NCBI GenBank assembly: GCA_003210315.1 | Contig: QCVQ01000002.1 | Span: forward strand, 7,333-71,332 | Length of the DNA: 64,000 nucleotides | Direction: 5' to 3' | DNA from: Synechococcus sp. AG-686-F08 | Lineage (GTDB): Bacteria > Cyanobacteriota > Cyanobacteriia > PCC-6307 > Cyanobiaceae | Shown: positions 53,995 to 64,000 of the stretch, piece by piece | Layout of the letters: each line of letters opens with the position of its first letter | Numbering within the stretch: position 1 is the first letter of the stretch | Translations under genes and position numbers: made by a program | The notes under the pieces: model-generated | What the model was told of the DNA's origin: nothing | The model's input: the letters and a program-made list of their open reading frames with translations, nothing else | The model's database searches: none

Positions 53995-54037
53995 GGCAAG
54001 GGATCATTTGGACAGATCGTGACACAAATGCTGTTTT

Positions 54038-54268
54038 TCAAAGGCCTCGGGGCAAAGGCCGGACCAGCAGCATGGCGGCCCGACTGATCAAAACCGGGTC
54101 ATCAGAGTCCGTGGGGTGCAGTGCCAAACAATGTTGGTCTTGCCAGATCAGAACCCCAATCAACCGACGTCCATCGGTTAATTCAAGGCTGAGAATTTTC
54201 CGTTCACGAATCCATGTCTGCAGCAAACGAATGCTGGGCAAGCTCGGATCAAAGGAACTTGGCTCCAT
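54038..54268 (-). CDS. hfq: Cyanobacterial Hfq-like Sm protein
   Basis: LPSIRLLQ...ELTDG...G.LIWQD...LISRAA; known location between leuS and dapF. Confidence 0.85.
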   Translation of the reverse strand: MEPSSFDPSLPSIRLLQTWIRERKILSLELTDGRRLIGVLIWQDQHCLALHPTDSDDPVLISRAAMLLVRPLPRGL

Positions 54269-54294
54269 AGGATCAGAGAGGGATCGGACATTTC

Positions 54295-55425
54295 ATGCTG
54301 CAATTCAGCAAGTACCAGGGTTTAGGCAATGACTTCGTGCTGTTGGAAGGCCGTGCTGGGCAACTTCCTCCCCACATCACGGAACCGGATCCCAATTGGG
54401 TGCGACAGATCTGTGATCGACGCTTTGGGATCGGAGGCGATGGCTTGATTTTGGCCCTGCCCCCACAGCATGGCGAAGAACTGAGGATGCGCATTTTTAA
54501 TGCGGATGGAAGCGAAGCTGAAATGTGTGGCAATGGCATTCGCTGCTTAGCCCGTTTTCTTGCCGATAGCGATGGAGATCAGCCAGGACGGACCTGGAGA
54601 ACCGAAACCATGGCGGGCGTCATCGTCCCCGAACTTTGTGAGGACGGACAGATACGGGTTGATATGGGGCAGCCCTTTCTTGAACCCGATCAGGTTCCAA
54701 CAACACTCGCAAAAGGACGGTCTGGACTTCCACAAGGAGAAATCGATCTCCAGGGCAGCACCCTTCAGCTCGCGGCTGTGGGAATGGGAAATCCTCATGT
54801 GGTTGTGCCTGTGCAAGACCTCAAGGCCATTCCCTTTGACGCATGGGGATCGGCGCTGGAGATCGATCCCTTATTTCCAGCCAAAACCAATGTTCACTTC
54901 TTAGAAGTGATTGATCAGCGCACCCTTGAGATCCGAGTGTGGGAGCGCGGTGCAGGTCCAACTCTCGCCTGCGGTACTGGAGCCTGCGCCACGCTTGTTG
55001 CCGCAACCCTTCTCGGCTTATCGGAGTCAGAAGCCACTGTGAAACTTCCAGGGGGGCCACTCGAGATCAGCTGGCCTGATCCAGAGGGCTCTGTGTTTAT
55101 GACTGGCCCTGCCGTATCAGTGTTTGACGGCGTTCTGAATCCTGAATTACTTCCAGAGTCCAGGCAGGAACTTCAATCACAAACGCCACAACCAAAAGAA
55201 CAGCCCACCTCAGGCGCAGCAGCGGTGCCTGACAACAACAGCTTGGACTGCGCGAATGACTGCAAAGACACCTGCCAACAACAGGACCACTGCTTACGGG
55301 ATGAAGCCCAAGCTCGCGTCCAAGAATTTCTGTCTTCCACATCTCTCGACGCCATGATCAATCTCGCTGGCGACTCACTCGAGGAACGAACCCTGTCCCG
55401 CTTCAATCGCGATGACAGGCCCTGA
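54295..55425 (+). CDS. dapF: Diaminopimelate epimerase with a Cys-rich C-terminal extension
   Basis: KYQGLGNDF, EMCGNGIRC, GNPH, ERGAGPTLACGTGAC; about 90 extra residues after VFDGVL. Confidence 0.95.
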   Translation: MLQFSKYQGLGNDFVLLEGRAGQLPPHITEPDPNWVRQICDRRFGIGGDGLILALPPQHGEELRMRIFNADGSEAEMCGNGIRCLARFLADSDGDQPGRTWRTETMAGVIVPELCEDGQIRVDMGQPFLEPDQVPTTLAKGRSGLPQGEIDLQGSTLQLAAVGMGNPHVVVPVQDLKAIPFDAWGSALEIDPLFPAKTNVHFLEVIDQRTLEIRVWERGAGPTLACGTGACATLVAATLLGLSESEATVKLPGGPLEISWPDPEGSVFMTGPAVSVFDGVLNPELLPESRQELQSQTPQPKEQPTSGAAAVPDNNSLDCANDCKDTCQQQDHCLRDEAQARVQEFLSSTSLDAMINLAGDSLEERTLSRFNRDDRP

Positions 55426-56587
55426 AGACTCCTACTTTTATCTCGATGGGTGTGCAACAGCTCCCTTGAGAGAGAGCGTGATCACTTGCATGGTCAAGGC
55501 GCAAAAGCGCGGTTGGGGCAATCCCTCAAGCCTCCATCGCATCGGCTGTGATGCAGCTGAGTCTCTGGAGCGTGCGCGCCTCTCCATCGCCAACAGCCTG
55601 GAAGCTGACCGATCGGAGATCCTGTTCAACTCCGGTGCCACCGAATCAGCGCACCTTGCCCTGCTGGGACTCGCCAAAACCGAATCACCAGGACGATTGG
55701 TGATTTCTGCTGTGGAGCACCCTGCAGTTACCGCTGCGGCTGAGCAATTGCTCGCCTACGGATGGACGGTTGAACGATGGCCAGTCGATATCCACGGACA
55801 GGTCCAAATGCAACATCTGGATCGATTGCTCGAACCTCCAACCAAGATCGTCTCGATCATCTGGGGTCAGAGTGAAGTGGGGACGCTTCAACCGATTGAG
55901 GCTGTCGGCAAAGCCTGTCGTTCAAGACGAATTCCATTCCACACCGATGCCACCCAAGTCTTGAGCCAAGGGTGCCCCAACTGGAGTGAGCTTCCAGTTG
56001 ATCTACTAACGGCCTCAGCACACAAATGCGGTGGTCCAAGGGGAATTGGTTTGCTGCTTGTAAGACAAGACATCCTTGAACGGATTCAGCCCTTATTAAC
56101 CGGAGGCCAACAGGAGAATGGACTCCGTGCTGGTACCGAATGCCCGGTCTTGGCTCAAGGCATGGCAGCAGCATTCCGTGACATCGGACCTTGCCAGGAC
56201 AATCATGTTGAAACCTCAGGGTCCGGGATCGCTCCGTTGCGCGATGCCTTGCTGGCCCGGCTGTGCCAAAACAATTCGATCCGTCTCAGTGGACATCCCA
56301 CGGAACGGCTTCCACACCATCTCTCAGTGCTGGTTTCCGATCGCCACGGTCAGCCCATGTCGGGTCGTGCTTTGGTGAGAGCCCTGGACTGCGAGGGAAT
56401 CGCAGCAAGTAGTGGTAGTGCCTGTTCCTCTGGCCGGGATAGTGATAGCCCCATCCTTGAAGCGATGGGTGTCGATCCCTTATGGCGACGATCGGGGCTT
56501 CGGCTGAGCCTGGGCTACTGGATTGACCCGGCAACAGTGACTGAAATCAGCAATCGAATTCAAAACGCCATCGATCGTATGAACTAG
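55412..56587 (+). CDS. Cysteine desulfurase (IscS/NifS group I)
   Basis: YLDGCAT, GNPSS, SAVEH, HTDATQ, SAHKCGGP, SSGSACSS. Confidence 0.9.
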   Translation: MTGPEDSYFYLDGCATAPLRESVITCMVKAQKRGWGNPSSLHRIGCDAAESLERARLSIANSLEADRSEILFNSGATESAHLALLGLAKTESPGRLVISAVEHPAVTAAAEQLLAYGWTVERWPVDIHGQVQMQHLDRLLEPPTKIVSIIWGQSEVGTLQPIEAVGKACRSRRIPFHTDATQVLSQGCPNWSELPVDLLTASAHKCGGPRGIGLLLVRQDILERIQPLLTGGQQENGLRAGTECPVLAQGMAAAFRDIGPCQDNHVETSGSGIAPLRDALLARLCQNNSIRLSGHPTERLPHHLSVLVSDRHGQPMSGRALVRALDCEGIAASSGSACSSGRDSDSPILEAMGVDPLWRRSGLRLSLGYWIDPATVTEISNRIQNAIDRMN

Positions 56588-56649
56588 ATCGAATGAACCA
56601 CAATCTCGCCTGACATCTAGGTACTCTCCGCGCATCCCTCACCATCGAG

Positions 56650-57351
56650 TTGAGCTTGTCCGTCACCCTTCCTGCCGATCTTTACCAGGCCGAGGCGATG
56701 ACCCTCGTTTCTGTTGAACAAGCGCTGAGCGATCGTCAGCAACGGCGCTGGACCGTGACCTGGCGCTTTGAAGGGCTCAGGCTTTTACAACCGGCTTTAC
56801 GCCTAGCCAAGGCTTTGGAAGCTTCAGGTCATGAGGTGTTGTTGGGCTGGCCTGATGCAGGCTCAGCGGCCTTGGCACAACGAGAAAGCCCTGAACTCGC
56901 GACGCATTGCCTAGCCCTCAAAGATCTAGTGCTTTCCGACGATCCCGAAATCAAAGGTCGCTTGCTGTTGGCCATTGGACCGCAGCCAAGTGATTACGAG
57001 ATGGTCGAACAGATCTGCAACAGCTGGCAGGGAACGGTGGTTCTTCTCAATGGAAAGCTTGAGGACGCTGGCGTGGGAATTGGCAGTGTCGCCAGGGGGA
57101 GACGCAAAGGCTTTCTCTCGATCTGGCGCTCTGCCTTCCACATAGAACCCCTAGCTGAAGGGGCACTCCTGCAAACCGAACAGGAGATGTGGCATCTGTT
57201 TAAAGCGGATCCAGATGGCTATCGGTTTTTGGGAACGATGCCCTCAAAACCAGACGCTGAGGCCATTGAAATGGCACTCAATGGCGAAAGTGACAGTCTT
57301 GGACGCCAATTAGGGGCCGTGGACCGCTTCATCAAGGATCTAGGCAGTTGA
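56650..57351 (+). CDS. DUF1995-like protein
   Basis: PDAGSAALA, LLNGKLED...GIGSVAR.RR.FL. Confidence 0.75.
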   Translation: MSLSVTLPADLYQAEAMTLVSVEQALSDRQQRRWTVTWRFEGLRLLQPALRLAKALEASGHEVLLGWPDAGSAALAQRESPELATHCLALKDLVLSDDPEIKGRLLLAIGPQPSDYEMVEQICNSWQGTVVLLNGKLEDAGVGIGSVARGRRKGFLSIWRSAFHIEPLAEGALLQTEQEMWHLFKADPDGYRFLGTMPSKPDAEAIEMALNGESDSLGRQLGAVDRFIKDLGS

Positions 57352-57382
57352 TGTTCCGGAATATGGCTTTTACTGTGGCCAG

Positions 57383-57913
57383 GTGATCGGAATGGGTATG
57401 GCTTTAAGAGACCGATTACGGGGGTTGTCAGTTTTAGATACCACTGCAGGCCTTATTGCACTTATGGCCATTGGTGGGGTGCTTTGGAGTCCAAAGCTCA
57501 CCAATACGTTTGCAAAGGCAAATGGGTCGGTGAAATCTGTCCAGGTCATGGTCGACGTCCGGCGTGTGAGTGCCGAAGACCCTGAAGCCTTGGTCCAGGA
57601 CGCACTTGCCGCCGGGCGGACGAGCATCATTATTCGCAATCAGCCAGCTGGAAGCGTCAAGTTGATTCGTGTGGACGACATCAACCGAGTGCTGGTACAA
57701 GTTCAACCCGATGGATCCGTCGTGACGGCAGAGGATCCCAATCGGGCGACTGTGGGCACGTTGAATGCTCGCTTTGTGCTCGAAGGTGATGCAACGGTGT
57801 CAAAATCTGGCGTGGTTCTCGCCGGTACCAAGCTAAAAGTCGGCACACCCGTAGAACTTGAAGGTGCTCTTTACCGCCTGAATGGAACGGTTAGTGGTGT
57901 GAAGGTGCAATGA
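57383..57913 (+). CDS. DUF4330-like membrane-anchored protein
   Basis: IIIRNQPAG, QPDGSV, KLKVGTPVELEG. Confidence 0.75.
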   Translation: MIGMGMALRDRLRGLSVLDTTAGLIALMAIGGVLWSPKLTNTFAKANGSVKSVQVMVDVRRVSAEDPEALVQDALAAGRTSIIIRNQPAGSVKLIRVDDINRVLVQVQPDGSVVTAEDPNRATVGTLNARFVLEGDATVSKSGVVLAGTKLKVGTPVELEGALYRLNGTVSGVKVQ

Positions 57914-59184
57914 AAGCAGCTCTCCTTGTCTTAACGCTGGCGGCAACTTCTACAGCGGCGATGCCAGGGAAGGCCGAGCCTCCGTTGCTAACCCTTCCAC
58001 CACCGCCCTCCGCACAGCCTCTCCCCGATCTCCAACAACGAGGACGCTCCTGTGCACCTCTGCAGCAAGCTCTGAATCGCTTGCTTGCTCCCGTTGCCAG
58101 GTCTTGGAGCGTTTCTGTGGTCAATAGCAATGGAGATTTGCTGGGTGACGTGAATGGCGCCACATCACGCATTCCAGCCTCCAACCAAAAACTGATCAGT
58201 ACGGCCTTCGCCCTCGACCGATTAGGCCCAGATTTCCGCTTGCGTACTCAGTTAGTCCAACGGGCTGATGGAACCCTTGAGCTCAAGGGTCAAGGGGATC
58301 CTGATCTTGGAATCGCTGGTTTACAACGTTTTGCGATGGCCGCTTTGGGTCAGGGAGGAGCACGGGGTGCTTCAGCTGGGTCCGTGAACTTGATGGTGCA
58401 GGAAGAACCTCGTCAAAACTGGTGGCCAAACGATTGGCACCCCGCGGATCGTGCCTATGCCTATGGAGCGCCGATCACTCGCCTGGCCTTAACCAGTAAT
58501 GCGCTGGGTGGTGCTGTTAGCGATCCCTACAGGAGGTTAGAGACGTTGTTCAAAAAAGAGGTAAAGCGTCGCGGCGGATCCATCCAGGTCCAACAAGTCC
58601 GACCGAACAGCAATAGCCAACAGTTACAACAAAGCGACGAGCAAATCCTGCTGCATGAGGAGACCTCTGCTCCGATGCATGCCTTGCTGAGCCTTGCCAA
58701 CACTGAAAGTCATAACTTCACGGCAGAAGTGTTGCTGAGACAAGCTGCTGACCAATGGGATGTACGAGCTGCATCGGCCGCCGCACACCGTTGGATGCAA
58801 CAACAAGGGATCCCCCTGAAGGGGCTCAGAGTTGCAGACGGGAGCGGTTTATCTCGTAACAATCGTGTGTCAAGTCAGACCATCGCAGCGTTGTTGATGC
58901 ATATGGATCAACATCCTTACGCCTCTTACTACCAAGCATCGATGGCGATTGCTGGACAGAGAGGAACGCTACGGAATTACTTCATTGGTTCCCCAATCCA
59001 AGGCAAGTTTTGGGGGAAAACAGGAACGATCAGCGGTGTGCGATCAATTTCTGGAATTCTCCAAACCAAGGACGGTCCGCGCTACGTGAGCATGATTTCA
59101 AATGGCGCCAGCCGACCGAACGCAACGATCGGCCAGATCCTGAGAGCGGTTTATAACCTCAGCCCGTGCCCTTCATCGATCTAA
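57910..59184 (+). CDS. dacB: D-Ala-D-Ala carboxypeptidase/endopeptidase (PBP4, S13)
   Basis: PASNQK (SxxK), SHN, DGSGLSR, KTGT. Confidence 0.9.
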   Translation: MKAALLVLTLAATSTAAMPGKAEPPLLTLPPPPSAQPLPDLQQRGRSCAPLQQALNRLLAPVARSWSVSVVNSNGDLLGDVNGATSRIPASNQKLISTAFALDRLGPDFRLRTQLVQRADGTLELKGQGDPDLGIAGLQRFAMAALGQGGARGASAGSVNLMVQEEPRQNWWPNDWHPADRAYAYGAPITRLALTSNALGGAVSDPYRRLETLFKKEVKRRGGSIQVQQVRPNSNSQQLQQSDEQILLHEETSAPMHALLSLANTESHNFTAEVLLRQAADQWDVRAASAAAHRWMQQQGIPLKGLRVADGSGLSRNNRVSSQTIAALLMHMDQHPYASYYQASMAIAGQRGTLRNYFIGSPIQGKFWGKTGTISGVRSISGILQTKDGPRYVSMISNGASRPNATIGQILRAVYNLSPCPSSI

Positions 59185-60106
59185 GCCGGGAAGCTGCACG
59201 ACGAGCTTTGTTCATCGACATAGCTTTTCCCTGACGATTTTTCGGTTCAGAGCTCTCTGTCTCAGGCGCTGAGTCGGGACGAATCATTTGAATTTTGACG
59301 AGTTCCTGACGACCAGCCAACACCACCTGGGCCATCTCTTTGAGTCGTTGCTCCAGTTCTCCAAGTGTTTGCTCGGCATAGCGGTTGGCACCATCCTGAA
59401 CAGAAGCAGCGTCGTGACGGGTGCGCTGAATCAAGGTTTCGCACTGTTGTTGGGTCTGTTGACGAAACTGAAGCGCATCGTGATGAATGCGCTCAGCTTC
59501 CGCTTGAGCTTCTTTCTGAAGTTTGACCCCTTCACTGCGGATTTGCTCTAGCTCTTGAGCTGACTGCTGTCGACTTCGCTCATGATGCTCAGCCAATTGA
59601 CGCTTGAGTTCGAGCGCTTCTTGATCAAGTTGCTGGCGGCGTTGCAAGGCTTCTTGCTCAAGCTGTTGCCGACGCGTGGCAAATTGCTGTTCAAGCTGTA
59701 CCTGCTTGGACTGCATTTCATGCTCCATCTGAGCGGCCTGCTGTCGGGAGCTCTGGAGAAGCTGTTCGCACTGCTGGCGAACTTGATCTCTCATCTCATT
59801 GACCTGACGCTCAGCTTCCTGTCGAACCGCAGCAGCACTGACAAGCTGCTCGCGCTGAAGCTGGGCTTTTTGAACAATTTCGTCGGCCTGACTACGCGCC
59901 GAAGAAATGAATTCGTCCTTCTTTTGCAGCAACTGATCCGCTTGCGCAACCTGCCCAGGGAGTGACGCTCTTACGCCATCCATGATCTCAACGGCATCCT
60001 GCTCGTTGACCAGCCTTCCACCACTAAAAGGAATGCGACTACCTTCGAGAACAATTTCCTCGAGCTGATCGAGCTGGTCGAGCACGGAGAACTGGATCTC
60101 GCTCAT
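59159..60106 (-). CDS. DivIVA-like coiled-coil division protein (Cdv3-like)
   Basis: LDQLEEIVLEGSRIPFSG, long Q/E/R coiled coil, GANRYAE; downstream of coaD. Confidence 0.78.
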   Translation of the reverse strand: MSEIQFSVLDQLDQLEEIVLEGSRIPFSGGRLVNEQDAVEIMDGVRASLPGQVAQADQLLQKKDEFISSARSQADEIVQKAQLQREQLVSAAAVRQEAERQVNEMRDQVRQQCEQLLQSSRQQAAQMEHEMQSKQVQLEQQFATRRQQLEQEALQRRQQLDQEALELKRQLAEHHERSRQQSAQELEQIRSEGVKLQKEAQAEAERIHHDALQFRQQTQQQCETLIQRTRHDAASVQDGANRYAEQTLGELEQRLKEMAQVVLAGRQELVKIQMIRPDSAPETESSEPKNRQGKAMSMNKARRAASRLRSMKGTG

Positions 60107-60116
60107 CGCAACTGGC

Positions 60117-60599
60117 TTATAAAGCCGAATTAAAGAACCTCTTGAGGTCCTCCGCCACCACCGCCGGAACCATATGTTCAACACGTCCACCAAATCGAGC
60201 CACTTCTTTCACAACTGAACTGCTCAAAAAGCTGTAGTGGGCTGCAGTGCTGAGAAAAATCGTCTCAAATTCTGCATCCAAAGATCGATTGGTATGGGCG
60301 ATCTGGAGTTCGTATTCAAAATCACTCATCGCTCTTAATCCCCGCAGGATCAACTGGGCATCATGTTCACGAGCGCAGTTCACGGTAAGGCCGTTGAAGT
60401 TGGTCACCGTGACCCCATGCAGATGGGAGGTGGCCTGAGTGATTTGCTCCAGTCGTTGATCCAAGCTGAAAGCAGGGGATTTACCTGGGTTCTGAAGAAC
60501 GGCAACAACCACCTCTCCGAAGAGAGAGCAACCACGCTCGATTAAATCGAGATGTCCAAGGGTGAGAGGATCAAAACTGCCCGGATAGAGAGCGCGCAT
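60117..60599 (-). CDS. coaD: Phosphopantetheine adenylyltransferase
   Basis: [31 protein letters not shown]. Confidence 0.97.
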   Translation of the reverse strand: MRALYPGSFDPLTLGHLDLIERGCSLFGEVVVAVLQNPGKSPAFSLDQRLEQITQATSHLHGVTVTNFNGLTVNCAREHDAQLILRGLRAMSDFEYELQIAHTNRSLDAEFETIFLSTAAHYSFLSSSVVKEVARFGGRVEHMVPAVVAEDLKRFFNSAL

Positions 60600-60654
60600 C
60601 AGCCATGAAGGACTGATGGGATCCTATGCAGCGCAGGGTCTCTAGATTCAAAGA

Positions 60655-62610
60655 ATGCAGCGTCCTTTGCTAGAGCAACCGGAGCGCTTGGAACAGCGCC
60701 TGAAAGAGATCCCGCCTGAGCCCGGCTGCTATCTCATGCGCGATGCCGACGATCGATTGCTGTACGTCGGAAAATCAAAAACCTTGCGCAGCAGGGTGCG
60801 AAGTTACTTTCGCAGCAGCCATGACCTGAGCCCACGCATCCGCTTGATGGTGCGGCAAATCTGCGAAATCGAATTCATCGTGACGGATAGCGAGGCTGAA
60901 GCCCTCGCTCTGGAATCGAATCTCATCAAAAACCAACAGCCACACTTCAATGTGCTGCTGAAAGACGACAAAAAATATCCCTATCTCTGCATTACATGGA
61001 GCGAAACTTACCCTCGAATTTTTATTACTAGGCGTCGTAGATTTCGTAGCCCTCTTGATCGTTTTTATGGGCCTTATGTGGATGTAGGCTTACTCAGAAG
61101 AACCCTATTTCTTGTAAAAAGAGTATTTCCACTCCGCCAACGACCACGACCACTTTATCCAGACCGCACCTGTCTTAATTATTCAATTGGCCGATGTCCA
61201 GGAGTTTGTCAGGAGAAGGTGAGCTCTGAGGATTATCACCAAATATTACGCAAAGTAGCGATGGTGTTTCAGGGGCGCAGCGATGAACTTAGGCAACTCT
61301 TGAACCAGCAGATGGAGCGCTACGCCGAGAGACTTGATTTTGAATCTGCAGCTCGAATTCGAGATCAGCTTCAAGGTATCGACCAATTAACGGCCGATCA
61401 AAAAATGAGTTTGCCCGATGCATCTGTGAGTAGAGATGTACTTGCTGTTGCCCAAGATGAGCATTTTGCAGCTATTCAGCTATTCCAAATGCGTGCTGGA
61501 AAACTCGTTGGGAGACTTGGCTTTGCAGCAGACGCAACAGATCTTCAGGCAGGATTAATCCTTCAGCGGGTTATCGAAGAGCACTACAGCCAGGTTGATG
61601 CTGTTGAGATTCCTCCAGAAATTTTAGTGCAGCATCAACTTCCTCAACAAACCTTGATTGCTGAATGGCTCAGCGAACAAAGAGAGCGCAAAGTTCAGGT
61701 GTTGCATCCACAAAGGCGACAAAAAGCAGATCTAATTGATTTAGTGATGCGTAACGCTGAATTCGAGCTGGGCAGGGCTCGGCAAAGCCAAGAACAACAA
61801 GCCTTGGCAAATGAAGATCTTGCTCAACTACTTGAATTGGCCACACCTCCAAGACGAATTGAGGGCTACGACATCAGTCATATTCAAGGAAGTGATGCTG
61901 TTGCCTCACAGGTTGTCTTTATTGACGGACTTCCTGCCAAGCAGCATTACCGCCGCTACAAAATCCAAAGCAGCAGCATCCAGGCCGGTCACAGCGATGA
62001 CTTCATGGCTATGGCAGAAATCATGCGCAGGCGCTTTCGAAAATGGGCCCGCGTCAAAGCCGAGGGTGCTGACCTTGTGCAAATCAGACGTCAATCCAGC
62101 AGCAGCTTGAACATGGACGGGCTTCATGATTGGCCTGATGTCGTGATGATTGACGGGGGCAAAGGCCAACTGTCAGCGGTGATGGAAGCCCTGCGCGAGT
62201 TAGATCTTCACGAGGATCTCGTCGTGTGTTCGTTGGCCAAACAACGCGAAGAAATTTTTCTTCCGGAAGCCAAGCAGCCTCTCGAAAGCGAACCCGATCA
62301 ACTCGGAGTGTCCTTATTGCGGCGTTTGCGCGACGAGGCGCATCGCTTTGCGGTGACCTTCCACCGACAGCAAAGGGGCCAGCGGATGAAACGCTCACGA
62401 CTCTCTGACATCCCTGGACTGGGCCCAAAACGGGTACGAGATCTTTTGGCCCATTTTCAATCCATCGATGCCATTCAGCTCGCCAGCGTGGAACAGCTCC
62501 ATCAAGCACCAGGGGTAGGACTCTCGCTGGCGAAACAGATCCGCGCCTATTTTCATCCTCAGGAAGAGGATGAGGACAACGTGGTGATGGCAGGCGAGGA
62601 CACGGCATGA
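60655..62610 (+). CDS. uvrC: Excinuclease ABC subunit C
   Basis: GIY-YIG variant (GCYLM...YVGKS), [20 protein letters not shown], HhH motifs. Confidence 0.97.
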   Translation: MQRPLLEQPERLEQRLKEIPPEPGCYLMRDADDRLLYVGKSKTLRSRVRSYFRSSHDLSPRIRLMVRQICEIEFIVTDSEAEALALESNLIKNQQPHFNVLLKDDKKYPYLCITWSETYPRIFITRRRRFRSPLDRFYGPYVDVGLLRRTLFLVKRVFPLRQRPRPLYPDRTCLNYSIGRCPGVCQEKVSSEDYHQILRKVAMVFQGRSDELRQLLNQQMERYAERLDFESAARIRDQLQGIDQLTADQKMSLPDASVSRDVLAVAQDEHFAAIQLFQMRAGKLVGRLGFAADATDLQAGLILQRVIEEHYSQVDAVEIPPEILVQHQLPQQTLIAEWLSEQRERKVQVLHPQRRQKADLIDLVMRNAEFELGRARQSQEQQALANEDLAQLLELATPPRRIEGYDISHIQGSDAVASQVVFIDGLPAKQHYRRYKIQSSSIQAGHSDDFMAMAEIMRRRFRKWARVKAEGADLVQIRRQSSSSLNMDGLHDWPDVVMIDGGKGQLSAVMEALRELDLHEDLVVCSLAKQREEIFLPEAKQPLESEPDQLGVSLLRRLRDEAHRFAVTFHRQQRGQRMKRSRLSDIPGLGPKRVRDLLAHFQSIDAIQLASVEQLHQAPGVGLSLAKQIRAYFHPQEEDEDNVVMAGEDTA

Positions 62611-62921
62611 AACGGTGCTTTCAAGCCAAGATCCTGATTCTCACAGTGTTGATTGGGTTCGCTATTACTTTGATCAGTCCTGATCGGGCCTTCGCTGCAC
62701 CTGGCCTTTGCACAGGTGTGGTGTGCGCCGATGAGATCACCCGCAGCGCCAAAAATCACTGGCAACTGCGCATGCGCCTGGAAGATCAGCAAGGGCATCG
62801 AGAACGGGTGGTGATGGACTGCCGCAACCAGCAGCTCAGTCCACGGGCAGGACTTGTGGACCGCATTCCAGCTACAGCTCTTGGACGGCGGGCCTGCCGA
62901 CTCGCGGGAGAAGCCGGATAA
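62607..62921 (+). CDS. Small secreted 4-Cys hypothetical protein
   Basis: Signal peptide ending in AFA; CTGVVC...RSAKNHWQ...DC...AC; ATGA overlap with uvrC. Confidence 0.75.
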   Translation: MKRCFQAKILILTVLIGFAITLISPDRAFAAPGLCTGVVCADEITRSAKNHWQLRMRLEDQQGHRERVVMDCRNQQLSPRAGLVDRIPATALGRRACRLAGEAG

Positions 62922-62927
62922 AGCGTT

Positions 62928-64000
62928 ATGGAAATTACCCTTGTTTTTCCCCATCAGCTGTTTGAACACCATCCCGGTATTCAGGCCGACAGAAGCGTTG
63001 CCTTGATTGCTGACGGTTTAATCCTTGGAGGTGATCCTGAGTGGCCACTCACCATCCATCCACGCAAGCTCCAATTGCATCAACAATCGATGCTTGCCTA
63101 TAAGAAGCAACTTGAATCCAAAGGCCACAACGTTCTCACGCTGACACCAAACAAACAGCAACAAACCTCAGATTTACTGAACCAACTGATCGGATCTGGC
63201 TATCAAACCTTTTATCTCGCTGATCCAGTCGACGATCTTTTGACCAAGAGAGTCAGAAAGACCCTGCAACAGCGAAGCTGCGCCCTAAAGATTCTGCCCA
63301 CTCCGATGTTGCTTACACCAACTGAAGTGATGGATGACTATTTCAATGGCCGACGCAAGCCAATGATGGGCAATTTCTATCAAATGCAGCGCAAACGCTT
63401 AGGAGTTTTAATCGACGATCAGGGAGGTCCCGTGGGTGGGCGTTGGAGTTTTGACGCCGATAACCGTAAAAAACTTCCCAAGGGAATCACTGTTCCTGAA
63501 GCACCATCCATTGATTTGCCCCTTGATCACTTATCAGCACAACAATGGTTAGACACCTTTCTTGAACAAAGACTGGCTGGTTTTGGCACCTACGAGGATG
63601 CGATTAGCTCTCAGCACAGAGTGATGTGGCATAGCGTTTTGACGCCGATGCTTAATCTCGGACTTCTCACTCCTCAGCAGGTTCTAAACCGAACGCTCGA
63701 AGCAGCAGATTCAAGTGAGATCCCCATCAATTCTTTAGAAGGTTTTTTGAGACAAATTATTGGTTGGCGAGAATTCATGGCAGCCATGTACAAGCGCCAC
63801 GGAGTAACCATGCGCAATAGCAATTTTTGGGATTTTAAAGATCGCCCCATTCCCAGTGCTTTTTACGAGGGAGCAACCGGAATTCCACCTATTGATGATG
63901 CAATCAAACGCGCCATAAATACCGGATATTGTCATCATATTGAGCGCTTGATGCTACTCGGAAACATGATGCTTCTTTGTGGGTTCCATCCAACCCGCAT
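62928..64000 (+). CDS. Cryptochrome/photolyase, bacterial (6-4)/FeS-BCP clade (runs off the window)
   Basis: Manual translation gives MEITLVFPHQLF, GGRWSFDADNRKKLP, FGTYEDAI, LNLGLLTP, EGFLRQIIGWREF and YCHHIERLM. Confidence 0.92.
   Translation, partial: MEITLVFPHQLFEHHPGIQADRSVALIADGLILGGDPEWPLTIHPRKLQLHQQSMLAYKKQLESKGHNVLTLTPNKQQQTSDLLNQLIGSGYQTFYLADPVDDLLTKRVRKTLQQRSCALKILPTPMLLTPTEVMDDYFNGRRKPMMGNFYQMQRKRLGVLIDDQGGPVGGRWSFDADNRKKLPKGITVPEAPSIDLPLDHLSAQQWLDTFLEQRLAGFGTYEDAISSQHRVMWHSVLTPMLNLGLLTPQQVLNRTLEAADSSEIPINSLEGFLRQIIGWREFMAAMYKRHGVTMRNSNFWDFKDRPIPSAFYEGATGIPPIDDAIKRAINTGYCHHIERLMLLGNMMLLCGFHPTR

Noticed and set aside
59450-59900. Repetitive-looking CTG/TTG-rich DNA
   Set aside because: Explained by the Gln/Glu-rich coiled coil on the minus strand; not a DNA repeat array.
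1-64000. CRISPR array, IS element, rRNA or HIP1 enrichment
   Set aside because: None was recognised on reading; GCGATCGC was noticed only sporadically (for example near 49980).

Overview
This window is mostly core chromosome of a marine picocyanobacterium, most likely Synechococcus. The evidence is petN, psaK, psb29, cyanobacterial Hfq and Cdv3, the ggpS-ggtBCDA cluster, moderate GC, and no obvious HIP1 enrichment by eye. It contains about 55 CDS, the 6S RNA directly behind purK, and tRNA-Ser(GGA). I saw no CRISPR array, integrase or transposase. The most unusual items are: (i) a C-terminal Cx3Cx3Cx5C module fused to DapF and overlapping a cysteine desulfurase gene; (ii) a 49-aa membrane microprotein behind petN that the ORF track misses; (iii) an AT-rich single-gene islet behind the 6S RNA; (iv) K-box-like motifs at similar distances upstream of htpG and dnaK; (v) an apparently Fe-S-less (6-4)-type photolyase in an operon with uvrC and a small secreted Cys protein; (vi) a Ycf35-M61-amidase operon facing a lysozyme-like gene. 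All assignments come from motif recognition and recalled synteny; no searches were run.
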